Below, piece by piece: positions 43,680 to 57,936 of a stretch of 64,000 nt of DNA; position 1 is the first letter of the stretch; each line of letters starts with the position of its first letter. The notes under the pieces are model-generated. The model ran no database searches and was not told the origin of the DNA. It saw only the letters and a program-made list of their open reading frames with translations. Both the position numbers and the translations under genes were made by a program. This DNA is from the human T2T-CHM13v2.0 reference genome, Homo sapiens: assembly GCF_009914755.1 (NCBI RefSeq), contig NC_060929.1, one strand, 5' to 3'.

Positions 43680-43848
43680 GCAGACGGAGGGACGTCCCCA
43701 GCAGCCAGCTCCCTCTGTCCGAGCAGACGGAGGGACGTCCCCAGCAGCCAGCTCCCTGTGTCCAAACAGACGGAGGGACGTCCCTAGCAGCCAGCTCCCT
43801 CTGTCTGAGCAGATGGAGGGACGTCCCCAGCAGCCGGCTCCCTCTGTC
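43680..43848. repeat. Minisatellite, 43-bp unit, 4 copies (unrelated to the 998-5976 unit)
   Basis: CAGACGGAGGGACGTCCCCAGCAGCCAGCTCCCTCTGTCCGAG repeated. Confidence 0.93.
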
Positions 43849-45334
43849 CTAGCCCTGGGAAGGTGGGGTCCTCCAGAGCTCCCCTCCGCAGCCCCAGCCA
43901 CTCCCATGCTCCAGCTCCTGCCCCCTCCCGGGGCTCTATCTCCCCACAGAGAAAGGGGGTCCCTCCGCTGGGCAGGCACAGCCTCCTTCCAGGCCTTGTT
44001 ACGGGCACCTGCACACGTGCCTGTGCCACCTAAGCTGTGCCCGCGCCACCTAAGCTCTGCCCGCCACCTCGGCAGATGCCAGGGTCCACAGGAAGGCATT
44101 GGGTGCAACAGTCACTCAGCTGTTGTGTTTTCTTTCTCTTAGCCACAGTCTAGTCCTAGCAGCAGTGACCTTGGTTTGGAGCCCGGGTTGGGGACCCCAG
44201 TGATGCCAATTTTCTTTGCCCTCATCATCCCAAGGCGGCTGCTGCAGTTTCAGACATCACAACTTTGTTCAGCGCAAAGGAGAAGGGGGACAGGGTATGT
44301 GCCACTTACACGTTTCTTCTTCTGGAAAATCTAAACTTTACCTGAAAATGCCACCGTAGCCTCATGCTTGCTTCTCACCAACCCGAGCTGTAAGAGATGG
44401 CTCCATCCTCTACACCAGAAATGGGCAAGGCCCAAGAGGGCTGGGAACTGCCAGTCCCCTTGAGGGCCTTCTTATTTTTAATTTTTAGGGATGAGAAAAC
44501 TGGAGTTCGGAGATGGGCTTGCTCACGGCCTCACAGCCAGGGAGCCTGCTCACCCCAGTGTGTGCCCAGCCAGAAACCTGCGTCTGGGCCCCCAGAGGCT
44601 GGGCTCCTCACAGTGGGGACCCACCATGTCCACTGCCTGCAGGAACCGACAGAGAGGCTGTGATGCTGAGCCCCGGCCTCATGCAACAAAGCTTTGCCCG
44701 ACGGAATGCACCCAGCGGCAGTGGAGAGCAGTGCTGGATCCTGCGGGGTTGAGGCGGTGGAGCTTGGTCAGCATGGGGTGCAGGGGCAGGAGGGGGGACG
44801 TGGCCAGGGGCCAGGGGCCCGGGAGCAGTCAGGGCTGGTCGGCTGACCAGAGGCTCAAGGAGAAGGTGAGCTTTGAGTGATGGTCACTGGGCCATATGGG
44901 GTGGGGCAGCTCTGGCTCTGAGAGAACTCCTGCTTGGAGGAGGCCTTGGGCTTCCTGAGGCTGGTGGCCCCCAGGCCACACTCTGCCCTGGCCCTAAGGG
45001 ACTCTGAGCTCTGGGCTCCCCGAAGCCTCAGAGATGAGGAGCAAGCAGCTGCAGGTCCCCAAGCCATAGTGGGGGAAGCCTGGGACTTTGCAGGGGATGC
45101 CAGGTTATATCTGATGCTGGCCCCTGGTCCTGATCAGCCTGCTTTTAACAGCAGATGGCGGAAAGAGAGGCAGAGGTGGTGTACTAGGCTGTTCTTGCAT
45201 TGCTATAAAGAAAACCTGAGACTGGGTAATTTATAAAGAAAAGAGGGTTAATTGGCTCATGGTTTTGTAGGCCGTACATGAAGTGTAGTGCCAGGATCTG
45301 CTTCTGATGAGGCCTCAGGAAGCTTCCAGTTGTG

Positions 45335-46104
<770 letters not shown>

Positions 46105-46839
46105 TGAGAACTCACTTATCACCAACAGGATGACCCACGCCATTCAGGAAGGACCCACTCCTGTGATCCAAACACCTCCTACCAGCCCCCACCTCCAGCA
46201 CTGGTGATTACATTTCAACATGAGATCTGTGGGGACAAACATCTAAACCATATCGAGTGGGCTCAGGAGGCAGCAGCCCTGGAAGATGCCGAGTGCCTGG
46301 GAGGACAGAGGAAGATGCCGGAGTTCACGGGTGCCATGTGCAGGTGCAGCTCCTGCCAGGCGGCTGAAGATGGGGCTCCAGGTGGTGGCAGTGCCCCAGC
46401 CCCACCAGTCCTTCCTGGGGAGAGGGTCACGGCTCAGTGGCTGAAGGGCTGGGGGGCTTGTCTGAAAGGAGTGAATGCCTGCCCATCAGGCACTTTCGGA
46501 AAAAGCTGGAAACCAAGATTTCCCTGAGAAGTCCTGGGCTTTCTGGTGTTGGGAACTATAGGAAGCAGCCGGCTTCTGCTTCCCCTCCAGGGTCCAGGAG
46601 AGAATTTGTTTTGGACAAACCTTCTAGGCCACATGCTTGGAGCACCTCTGACCTCACCCAGTGCCATGCCCCCCAGCTGAGGCCCGGCCCCTGCATGTGT
46701 TCAGGGATGTGAGGTCAGGGAGTGGTTCAGGGATGTGAGGCCTAGCACTGGTCCGCAGGCCTCTGGGAGCCCTCTGGGCCCCTTGCAGAGCGGGGCAGCA
46801 CTTGGCTGAGGACTGCGAGGGCTGAGCTGTCCTGACCCA

Positions 46840-47001
46840 GTCCTGGGATAGCAGAGCCGCCCACCCTGCCTGGGGGCTCCTGGGTGTCTCCTGCAGCCAC
46901 GCCACTTGTAGCTGGGTTCTGTCCTGGGACAGCAGAGACACCCAGCCTGTCTCAGGTCTCCAGGGCGTCTCCTGCAGCCACGCCACTTGTAGCTGGGCTC
47001 T
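46840..47001. repeat. Two-copy ~81-bp tandem duplication
   Basis: gtcctggga.agcagag...gtctcctgcagccacgccacttgtagctggg.tct occurs twice. Confidence 0.85.
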
Positions 47002-50000
47002 GTGCTTGTTGTCAGTGCAGCCCCAGCAGCCCAGAGCGGTTCACAAGCTCCCAGACCGATTTACCTGCTCCAGTGAAACTCCTATGAGGGCACTGAAACT
47101 TCCCATTATTACAGGGCTCCGGCCCACAGCCATGGGGATGCCCCTTCCCACACCAGCTCCTGCAACTGGAAGGCTGTGGGCCACTCACTCTGAAGCCTCC
47201 CCTTTCCAGACACAAGGGCAGGAGTCAAGGGCAGTGGCAACATCCCCCAGAGATGCCGATGGACGGTGTTTCAACCTAAATCGGACAGCCGCACTCCCTC
47301 CCTGGCCACACAGCAGGACAGAGACCAGGACACAGCGGCCCACCCGCTGCCCTCACACTCCCCTCCTCCACGGTGTGAACTAAACCGCACACGTGGCCTG
47401 TTACTCGGACAAGGTGGGAAGGTGTGGCCCCACCCCCTCCTAAGACATTACGATGCGGAGAACCCCCAAGCCCACCCTCAACTGTGTTCACTGGAAACAG
47501 CCCAGCAAGGGCTACGTGTGCCTTCCGGTTTCACATTTGGGAAGTGGGTAAAATGCAGTATTGACAGTTCTCAAATATTGGTGTTGATCTTAACTGCTAG
47601 AGATACCGTGAGGGAAAAGAGCGCTTTTGTTCAACGTTTATGAATGGATAAAGGAGGAACTGAAACCAGCAAAGGGGCGGCTGGCCCTGGACCAGACGCG
47701 GCTTCGCCGAGGAGCTGTGGGCAGGGTGGGCCGGCACCTCCTTTCCTCTCGAGAAGGATGTGGAGAGCAGGTGGCTCGTGCCACCTGCCTCCCTGGCCCT
47801 CGTCCATGCCTCTGCACTGACCGCTGGGCTCCTGCCGCCCGGGGATGTGGGGAAAGGCCTTGGAGTGGGATGGAGGTCCGCGTGTGGGTGTGTGGCAGGT
47901 ACCGGTGGATTGAGGTCCATGTGTGGGTGTGAACCTGGGTGTGAGACTGTGTGTGGGTGGGTGTGTACGTGAGTGTGCATGTGCACGTACACCTGTGTAT
48001 GTATGCGTGTGAGGTGTGTGAACTGTGAGTGTGCTGTGGCTGTGAGCGTGTGCACACGTGAACTGAGCGTGACAGTGCGAATGTGTGTGCCGCGAATTCC
48101 ACTGGCCACATGAATGCAGGCGAGGCCGCTCCGCTAGGCTGTGGATTTCCAGCATGGCCACGCTGGTTGCCTGTGTTGTCTTGTTGACACAGGATGGAGA
48201 AAGAACGATGCAGGATGCATCTCTGAGCCTGGCTCAGGCACCCAGAGGGAGCTGGGTTTGGGAGCAGCTGCTCTGCGTAGCCCTGGCTTGGATGCTGCGA
48301 GCCAGGTGGGCCTGGGGTGAGCGCTCGTCCCTGGGGTGGGTGGAGGCCCCCATTTCCCTCTCAAGTCCCCTCACTGTACATCACAGCCTCCTCCCACCCC
48401 CGCTCTGTTTAGAGAAAGCCCAGAGGCCCCTCAGGCTGAACCTCCAGCCCTCTTCTCTGACCATGTGGGTCTCCCTGTTTCCTTCCGCTGGCCTGGTCTC
48501 TGTAGGGCTCACTGAGCCTGCAGTCTGGGACCCACAGGCTTGAGGATTGAGGCTCGGGGCCTGGGAGCCTCCCTGGGATGTTCTAGAAAGCTATGGATGG
48601 GGCACCTGTCAGGGAGACAGCACACGGAGAGCCTCTCCCACCTGGGTCCTACCATAGCGGCCTGGGCCTGTGGGCTTAAAGAGCCGCTCCGGAATTTAAC
48701 TGGGCCTGAGGGCTGGTGCCCTGTGAGGAACCCGGGATAGAACCTGGGGACAGAGGCCTCCATTAGTCCTTGGGAGCGGCAGGTAGCCCATGGGGTCACT
48801 GTGATCCCGGCACATTGTGGGAGCGTGCGCTGGGATGGGGAGGGGTCACTGTGAGCACGGTGCGTCGTGGGAGCGTGCGCTGGGATGGGGAGGGGTCATC
48901 GTGATGATGGCACAGCACACTCTCCTGTGGTCTAGGTTTAGGGATGCCAGTGAGACCCGCTGAAGCGTTGGGGCCCTACCCGAGGTGAGGCGTGCCCAGG
49001 TCTGGGGACTCCTGTCTTGGGGCCCCTCCCAGGAGAACCACCCCCCTCCTCTGGCAGGAAGCCCCCAAAGCTGTGGAGGAGCCCTGGGCCCACAGACAGC
49101 ATCCCTGCTGCTGGGGACCCCAGGCCTGTGCGGGTGCCGCTGCCATGGGGCTGATGGGGCCCAGCCCAGCAGCCCCTGCCTTTGCTTTCCCGGCTTCTCT
49201 GCGGCTCTGTGCTTTTGCTGCCCCATTCCAGGCCGGAAGGCTCCCGCGCCTCCATGGATCTTCATGATTTGGCCAACCAGAGTGAGCACCGTGAGGAAGT
49301 GGAGACAGACACAACTTTCAGCAGCAGAAGACAGGATAATAAAGTTGGGTTTGGTTTATGATCTAACGTGACCATTAAAAGTGTTTAATAAACAACGTTA
49401 AAGACTACTTAGTGGCAGATGCATCCGGCAATGCTTAGCATAGCCTCATGACTGTCAATACGCACAGGCTTGAAAAACACCTGCAGGATACATGTGGGCA
49501 TGTTAGTGTGGGTTATCTCAGCAGGGCGGCATATCGAATCTCGGTGCCCTTCTGTAGTGTCTATATTTTCTACAGTGAAGCTGGGATACTTTGGTGAGCA
49601 GAGGCATTGTTTTCAAAGTTCCCATTGGTACTTCCATCACATCCCCGTGTGGTTCTGTCCTGGACCGGCTGCCCACTGAGGTCCCACTCGCCCCTACCCT
49701 GCCCTGTCTGGCCAGCTGGGTACCTGCCCAGGAGGAAGAGGCTCAGTGTTTGGGGCCTGTGTTATGCCCTGAAAAGCCACTGCTGTTGGGTGAGGGCCCA
49801 TGAGGCCTTCAGTTTGCCATCGTCATGTGCTTCTGAAGAGCCAGGATGCTGTCCACTGTTTGTCTCCTGGCGGGACAGAATTCCACTCAGTGCATATCAG
49901 GGGCAGTGATGGGGCTGGGGGTGTGAGGGCTCAGCTGTGCCCTGAACTCCTTCACAGTCTTGCAGGAGGGGTCATGGAGCCATATCTGGGTTTGCAATTT

Positions 50001-50437
50001 TTGGAAAGTTACGTGACGATCTGCACTCAGGAATGCTGAGTGTTCGGCAGGCCCCATGAACAGTGATCAAATGTGACGCTGTGTGTCCCACAGCCTAAGG
50101 GCTGTGGCAGAGACCAGGAGGGCCATCAGCTCCCACAGCTTTCGAGTCCACCTCAGGGCTCCTCCTTGCTGACCTCCCTGGGTTGTCAGTGGAGACAGCC
50201 ACCCTCCCACAGAGCACCTGCCTGAAATGGGCCAGGCCGCCCCTGTGCCCTGGCTCTTGCTGCACATGCTGAGGTCAGCACGGAGGCGCCCTCGGGCACC
50301 AGCATGCCCTCGGGTTTGCAGCTTGTCAAATATCCCATGAAGGCAACCTGACCAAATGTGCTCTAACACCACTGGACCAATGGAACGTCTTGGGCTGAAC
50401 AGATGCAGCCTTGCATCCACCGCCTGCCACCACCCTC

Positions 50438-51420
50438 TGTGTACACCCCCTGCACACACCTCTGCACACACCCCCCCTGCACACTGTTGCACATACCCCC
50501 TGCACACAGCCTGTGTACACTCCCTGCACAGATCCCCTGCACACAACTCCCTCACACATCCTCTGCACAAACCCTGTGTATACCCCCTGCACACACCTCT
50601 ACACATACCTTCACACACCATGTATACCTCCTGCACACACCTCTGCACACACCTCCTGCACACACCTTGTGTACACTCCCTGCACACTGTTGCACACACC
50701 CCCTGCACATAGCCTCTGCACACAGCCTGTGTACACTCCCTGCACAGATCCCCTGCACACACCTCCCACACACATCCTCTGCACAAACCCTGTGTATACC
50801 TCCTGCACACACATCTACACACACCTCCTGCACACACCTTGTGTACACCCCCTGCACACTGTTGCACACACCTCCTGCACACACCTCCTGCACACACTGT
50901 TGCACACACCCCCACACATAGCCCCTACACACACCTCTGCACATACTGTTGCACACACCCCCACACATAGCTCCTGCACACACCTCCTGCACACACCTCC
51001 TGCACACACTGTTGCACACACCCCCACACATAGACCCTGCACACACCTCCTGCACACACTGTTGCACACACCCCTTGCACATACACCCTGTATATACCCC
51101 CTGCATACTCCTTATGTACAGCACTGCACATACTCCCTGCAGAGACCCTGTGTGCATCCTCTGCACACACCCCTTCTGTATACTGTCTGCACACACCCCC
51201 TACATGTACACCCTCTGCACACTCCTCCTGCATACACCCCATGTACACCTTCTGCACACACTCCCTGAACACATTCTGAGTACACCTCCTGCACACCCCG
51301 TGTACAACCTCTGCACACACCCCCTACACACTCCCCTACACACTCCCCTACACCATCCACACACACTCCCTGCACACAGCCCCTGCACACATTCCCCATG
51401 TACACCCTCTGTCTGTGTAT
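50438..51420. repeat. Degenerate C/A-rich minisatellite built on CTGCACACAC
   Basis: ~1 kb of cctgcacacac / tgtgtacac modules with larger duplicated blocks (e.g. 50501-50605 vs 50717-50820). Confidence 0.93.
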
Positions 51421-51879
51421 ACCCTCGTCTACTACCACCATACGTACCCCCCACCACTACCCTGCCTTGTCTATCACCCCCCAGGCTGTGACATACCAGG
51501 GATGTTGCCAACGAGCTGGTCTAATCTGGGGTGAGGGTTTCTGGGTGCCCCTAGACACCAGGAGAAAGGCGGGGAGGGGACACCCCTGGGGGTCTGGATT
51601 CACTCCACCAGGCGCTGGGCCACAGTGGTACGGTGACACAGTAGATGTCTTGAGCAGGATTAAAGTCTTCCCAATAAACAGGCTGAACTCTGTCTTCCTT
51701 GAAAGCTCTGTAGAAGGACCTCACAAGGATAAACACAGCGAGACCCTCCAGGGCGCGGTCAGCCACGAGCCACAGTGCTGGGCCTGTGACATCTCTGGAG
51801 GTTCTGGGGTGGAGAAGGACCGGCCGTGGGGAGTGACTGGCTGGGGAGAAGCTCAGCTCCCGCCCACCTCTGGGAGGCC

Positions 51880-52860
51880 CGGGGCTGGACGGGAGGTGCA
51901 GCAGACAAGGCTCCGGGCGGGTGCTGGGGTGTCTGGAGGGGTCCCCGCGGGGGGGTCGGGTTGGGTGGGGAGTCTAGGTGAGTCGGGGGTCCCCGGGGGC
52001 GCTGGGTTCAGGGTGGGAGCGGAGTGTGGATGGGGCAGGGTCCCCATGCCCACCACCAGCCGCGATTCCACCGCGCCTACTCGGGGTTTCCCCGGGAGGA
52101 CACCGCGTGTGTCAAGGGCCGGGGCCTAGAAGGCGGCCGCGCCCAGGGAAGCCTTGACAGGGAGCTATCTGGGGCGGGGGCTGGGGTCGCGTGGCCAGTA
52201 CCTGGGAGAACCGCCATTCAGGAGAACCCCCCGCCAGGCTCTTGGTTCCGCCCACGCAGTCCCGCCCCCTCCCCCAGCCACGCCCCTCGCCCCGCCGCGC
52301 AGGCCCCGCCCCGTCCCGCCAGGCTCTCGGTTCTGCCGACGCAGGTCCCGCCCCTCTCGTAGCCTCGCCCCGCCCGCCGCGCAGGCGCCGTCCGAGGGCT
52401 CCGTTTGAAACATGGCGCGGGCTGGCCCTCGGCTGGTGCTGAGCGAGGAGGCGGTTCGGGCGAAGAGCGGCTTAGGGCCTCACCGCGACCTGGGTGCGCC
52501 GGAGGGCGGGCGGGGGTGCAAGCGTGAGGTGGCGGGGGGGTGGGTGCCGAGCTTCCCGGGGCGGCGGCGGACCGTGGGCAGGCGGGACCCGTCTACGCAG
52601 GCGCCGCGGGCGTCCGGAACGGTCGCGGGCGAGCGGGGCGCGCGTGTCCAGGTGAGCGACCCACCCCCCGTGCCCAGGTGCGGCCCCTGCCCGCGTTCGG
52701 GTCCCGGCGTCCCGGCCCCTGCCTGTCTATCGGGTCACTGGTTCCGTGACTGGGGGTTACATCCGCTGAGAAGAGGGAGCCGGCCTTGCTGTCCAGGAGC
52801 GCAGCCCGCCCTCCCGCTGGGGATCACCTCCCTGGTTCTCCTGGGCCCACTCTGTGGTGA
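51880..52860. promoter_or_regulatory. CpG-island, TATA-less promoter of CEP72 (probably bidirectional)
   Basis: Very high GC and CpG content around exon 1; several CCCGCCC GC boxes at 52260-52378; GCGCAGGCGC (NRF1-type) at 52379-52388; TTTGAA (CHR) at 52404-52409. Confidence 0.88.
52412..52493 (+). CDS. CEP72: CEP72 (centrosomal protein 72 kDa) coding exon 1
   Basis: ATG at 52412 in a CpG island; translates MARAGPRLVLSEEAVRAKSGLGPHRDL, which I recognise as the CEP72 N-terminus. 82 nt ending in phase 1 at donor G|GTGCGC (GT 52494-52495); splices in frame to 59040. Confidence 0.96.
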
Positions 52861-53267
52861 TTGTTGCGCTCGGCCTTCTTGAGGATGTTGGTGGCCGGTT
52901 TCCTTCTTTTTGGCTTATTTTTGTCTGGTTTTGGCGTCAAGGTGAAGCCGAGCTCATAAACTGCTGAGAAGTGTTGCCTTCTCTTATATTTAGAAGAGGT
53001 TCTGTAGAGTGTGTGCTCATTGTTTGAATGTTTCCTGGAATTTTCCAGTGAAACCATATGGACATGTCAATTTCTGTTTTTGAAGCTTTTAAATGACAAA
53101 TTCTGTATCTCTGGTTGTTAGAGAACCGTTCATATTAGTTCACCGCGAGTCTTGGCTGTGTGGGGTTTTGTGGCATTGGCTTATTTGAGCTAACTTGTGG
53201 AGTGTGTGTGTTGAGTTGTTTCTGGTGTTCTGTTGTTAGCCTGTTAATGTCTGTGTGTGGTCTGCAG

Positions 53268-54092
<825 letters not shown>

Positions 54093-54494
54093 AGGGATAT
54101 CCCTTTTCTGTTCCTGATGTTGATAATCTGTGTATTCTTTCTTTTTTAGTCTTGCTAGAGGCTTGTGAATGTTATTGATAGTTTCAAAGAACCGACTTTG
54201 GGTTTGATTTTTCTCCAGTGTTTTTCTAGTTTCAAATTTCATTGATTTCTGCTTTTTTTTATTTCCTTCTTTCTGCTTGCTTTGCATTTATTTTATACTT
54301 TTCTAAATCCTTGAGGCAAAACTGTAGATTATTGATTTGAGACTTTCCTATTTTCTATTATAAACAGTGCCACAAGTTTCCCTGTAAGCACTGCTTTAGC
54401 TGTATCCACAAATTTTGTTATGTTGTATTTTAATTTTCATCCAGTTCAGCGTATTTTAAGAATTTCCCTCGATACTTCCTGTTTGACCTGTGAA

Positions 54495-54710
54495 TTTTTT
54501 TTTTTTTTTTTTTTTTGAGGTGGAGTCTCGCTCTGTCACCCAGGCTGGAGTGCAGTGACGCAATCTTGGCTCATTGAAAGCTCTGCCTCCTGGGTTCATG
54601 CCATTCTCCTGCCTCAGCCTCCCGAGTAGCTGGAACTCCTGACCTCATGATCCGCCCACCTCGGCCTCCCAAAGTGCTGGGATTACAGGCATGATCCACC
54701 GCGCCCGGCC
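54495..54710 (-). mobile_element. AluY-like element with an internal deletion of about 85 bp
   Basis: TSD tgacctgtg(a/g)attt on both sides; sequence jumps from gagtagctggaa to ctcctgacctc, removing the middle A-rich linker. Confidence 0.88.
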
Positions 54711-55184
54711 TGACCTGTGGATTTTTAAGGAGTATGTTTTTAACGTTCCATGTGTGGATATTTTCCTGTTATTTTTCTGTGTGATTCCATTATGGCCAGA
54801 ACATAATCTGTATGATTTTAATTCTTTTAAATTTGTCAGGGTTTGTTTTATGATCCAGCATCTGGTCTATGTTGTTGAATGTTCCAGGTGCACTTGAGTG
54901 TGTGTGTATTCTGTTGTTGAGTGGAGTGTTATGTAAATACATAAATATCAATTAGATCCTGTTGGTTGGTGATATTGTTCAGTTCTTCTGTATCCTTGCT
55001 GATTTTCTGTCTAGTGACTCTATTAATGACTGAGAGAGGGGTCTGGAACCCTTAACTGTAATTGTGGATTTGTCTGTTTTTTTTTTCACTTTGTATGTTT
55101 TGAAGCTCTGTTTGTTGAATTACATAGCTAGGATTTTTATACCTTCTTAGTGGACTGACCCTTTTAGTATATGTAGTCTTCCTC

Positions 55185-55482
<298 letters not shown>

Positions 55483-56829
55483 TTGTTCCTCTTTTTTCCT
55501 GGTAATTTTCTTTGTTGAGACATCTGTCTTATTTGATATTACTGTTGTTACGGTAGCTTCTTTTGATTGGTTTTTGCATGGCGTATCTTTTCCTATCCAT
55601 TGCTTTGAACTTTTAACCTACCTGTATCTTTATATTTGAAATTAGTTTCCTGGTTCATTATTTTTATTCACTCTGCTAATCTCTGTCTTGTAGTAGTGTT
55701 TTAGGCCATTTACATTTAATCTAATTGTTAAATATTAGAACTTAAGTGTGCCATTTTATTGTTTTTTGATTGTTTCCTGTGTTTTTTCTTCTGTTTCCCT
55801 TTTCCTGCCTGCTGTGACTTACTCGAATATTTTTAGTATCTCATTTTGATTTATCTGTTATGTTTTGGTGTATATCTCCTTGTATGGTTTTCATAGTGGT
55901 GGCTATACAAATTACAATGTATTTATGTAATTCAACACAGTTTACTTGTACAGGTATTTTACTACTTCTAAGTGAAATATAGAAACTTTATCACCATTTA
56001 GGTCTCTATCCTCTCCCCTTTACAATTTAGTTGTCTTAAGTATTTCCTCTGCATACCTTGAGAACCGTATTAATATTATGATTTTTTTTAAATACCTAGC
56101 CTTTTCAGTAACTCAGGAGGAAACATATTTATCTGCATGTTTATCTGTTCTGTTATTTTTTCTTCATTCCACGATGCTCTAGGTTTCTTTCGTTTTTCCT
56201 TTATATTTGAAAAAATTTTTTCAGCAGTTGTCTTAGGGCAGGTCTGCTTGTGACAGATTCTCTTAGTTTTTCTCTACGGTTTTACAGTTTTCATCTGTCA
56301 TCTCCATTTTGCTATTAAACTGCTCTTGTGATTTTTTGTTATTGTATTTTTCTTTGAAATTTCTATTTGTTTCTTCTTTATATCTCCTGTTTCTTTGCTA
56401 AGACTAGTTTTTCCTTTGTCTCAGGTGTTTGTAATTGCTCATTGAAGTATTTTTTATGACAGTCACTTTAAAATCCTTGTTAGACCTAAGTTCTGTGTTC
56501 TCTCTTGGTGGTATCTGTTGATTGACTGTGTTTTCTCATTCAAATTGCCATTTTTCTGGTTCTTGGTCATTTTTTATCATATTGTGGACATGCTGGGTAT
56601 GATGTCATGAGACTCTGCTTCCTGTTTAAATCCCCTTACTTGAGAAGACTCCTCACTCGAGCCTGCTGGGTGCCACCTTGTTGCCGGGACAGTCATGGAG
56701 CTCCTGCCTCACCCACGGCCTCTGGCAGACCCTACTGGCTGGGAGAGTGAAGGGCACCACCTCGTTCTAGCCAGGCCGGGACAGCAGTCAGGATCCATTC
56801 TCACACCCCGGTGCTGGCTGCTGCGCAAG

Positions 56830-57108
56830 GCCAGGTGGACGAGGGGTGTGTGTGTGTGTGTGTGTATGTGTGTGTGTGTGTGCGCGCGAGTGGGGGTTTG
56901 CTTGCAGGAGGGCTGATGATGTGAAGAGAGTCTGTCCTGCAAGGCCCCTCCTGGTGCCAAGTGGACGAGGGGTGTGTGCGTGTGTGTATGTGTTGTTGTG
57001 TGTGTGGGTGGGGGTTTGCTTGCAGGAGGGCTGATGATGTGAACAGTGTGTGTGGTTGCAGGAGGGCTGATGATGTACAGAGAGTCTGTCCTGCCAGGCC
57101 CCTCCTGG
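56830..57108. repeat. Nested tandem duplication containing (TG)n
   Basis: gtggacgaggggtgtgtg...gggggtttgcttgcaggagggctgatgatgt repeated two to three times. Confidence 0.85.
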
Positions 57109-57443
57109 TCCTTTGGCCATCGAGAGCAGGCTTACGGTTTTTGGTCTTTTTGTGTTTCTGGGCTGCCGACTTCTGTGGCACCCAGAGTGGGATGTGTAGT
57201 AAATAAGCATAAACAAAACCCCAGAGTCAAGCCAGGGACTCAGCGCTGGGTTCTCTCTCGAGTGCCGAGGCCCCTGGCTGGTTGGCTTCTGTTCCTTTCA
57301 GTCCCCCAATGCTTGTTCCGTATATTTTCCTCCAGGGCAGTGGGTCTAATATGCGGGAGGAGCAGGTTGAAATGTGTCCTCTCCATGTTGCCTGGAACTG
57401 GAAGAGCTCAAACCAAATTTTAAACTTAATCAGAACATATTCT

Positions 57444-57936
57444 GGTTGGGTGTGGTGGCTCATGCCTGTAGTCTTGGGAGGCCGAGGTGGATGGATCACC
57501 TGAGGTCAGGAGTTCGAGACCAGCCTGGCCAACATGGTCAGGAAACCACAAGACTGTCACGGAAACCCTTTTCTTTCAGTAACATGAGCCAAAGGTCACT
57601 GCACCTTGTCCCCTCCTGACCCTGTCCCGGTGGCAGGGTGTGGGGGACAATGAACTGCTTGTCTGTGTGCCTCCAAGTGGGGCAAAACCAGGCAGCATCC
57701 TGCTGTTTAGCTGCACCTGAGACGATGCCTGAGGGCTACCTGAGGAAACAGGGAAACGTGGGGTTTTAGCCGGATGTGGTGGCGTGTCCCTGTAATCCCA
57801 GCTACTCAGGAGACTGAGGCGGGAGAATCACTTGAACCTAGGAGGTGGAGGTTGCAGTGAGCCGAGATCGCACCACGGTACTCCAGCATGGGCAACAGAG
57901 TAAGACTCCATCTGAAAACAAAAACAAAAAAACCAA
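57444..57936 (+). mobile_element. AluS element with a non-Alu insert (~57539-57765) replacing its central linker
   Basis: Left arm to aacatggt (57538), right arm resumes at ttagccggatgtggtggcg (~57766); TSD aacatattct at 57434-57443 and 57937-57946. Confidence 0.92.
57548..57752. repeat. Inverted-repeat arm A (reverse complement of 60640-60842)
   Basis: Hand alignment gives about 89% identity over ~205 bp, including a 51-bp perfect run. Confidence 0.95.

Noticed and set aside
50067-51491. Long Cys/His/Val-rich ORFs (up to 285 aa) resembling metallothionein or keratin-associated proteins
   Set aside because: They are translations of the CA-rich tandem repeat, open in several frames on both strands, with no splice or codon evidence.
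49400-51900. Location of the vincristine-neuropathy CEP72 promoter SNP (rs924607)
   Set aside because: I recall it lies in this upstream region, but I cannot identify the base or allele from sequence alone; it needs alignment to the reference.
52494-52882. Remainder of the 156-aa ORF 52412..52882
   Set aside because: Read-through into intron 1 past the donor at 52494; only the first 27 codons are CEP72.
56915-57080. C/D-box snoRNA suggested by repeated tgatgatg motifs in intron 1
   Set aside because: The motifs are copies within a local tandem duplication; I see no terminal stem or properly placed terminal CTGA box.
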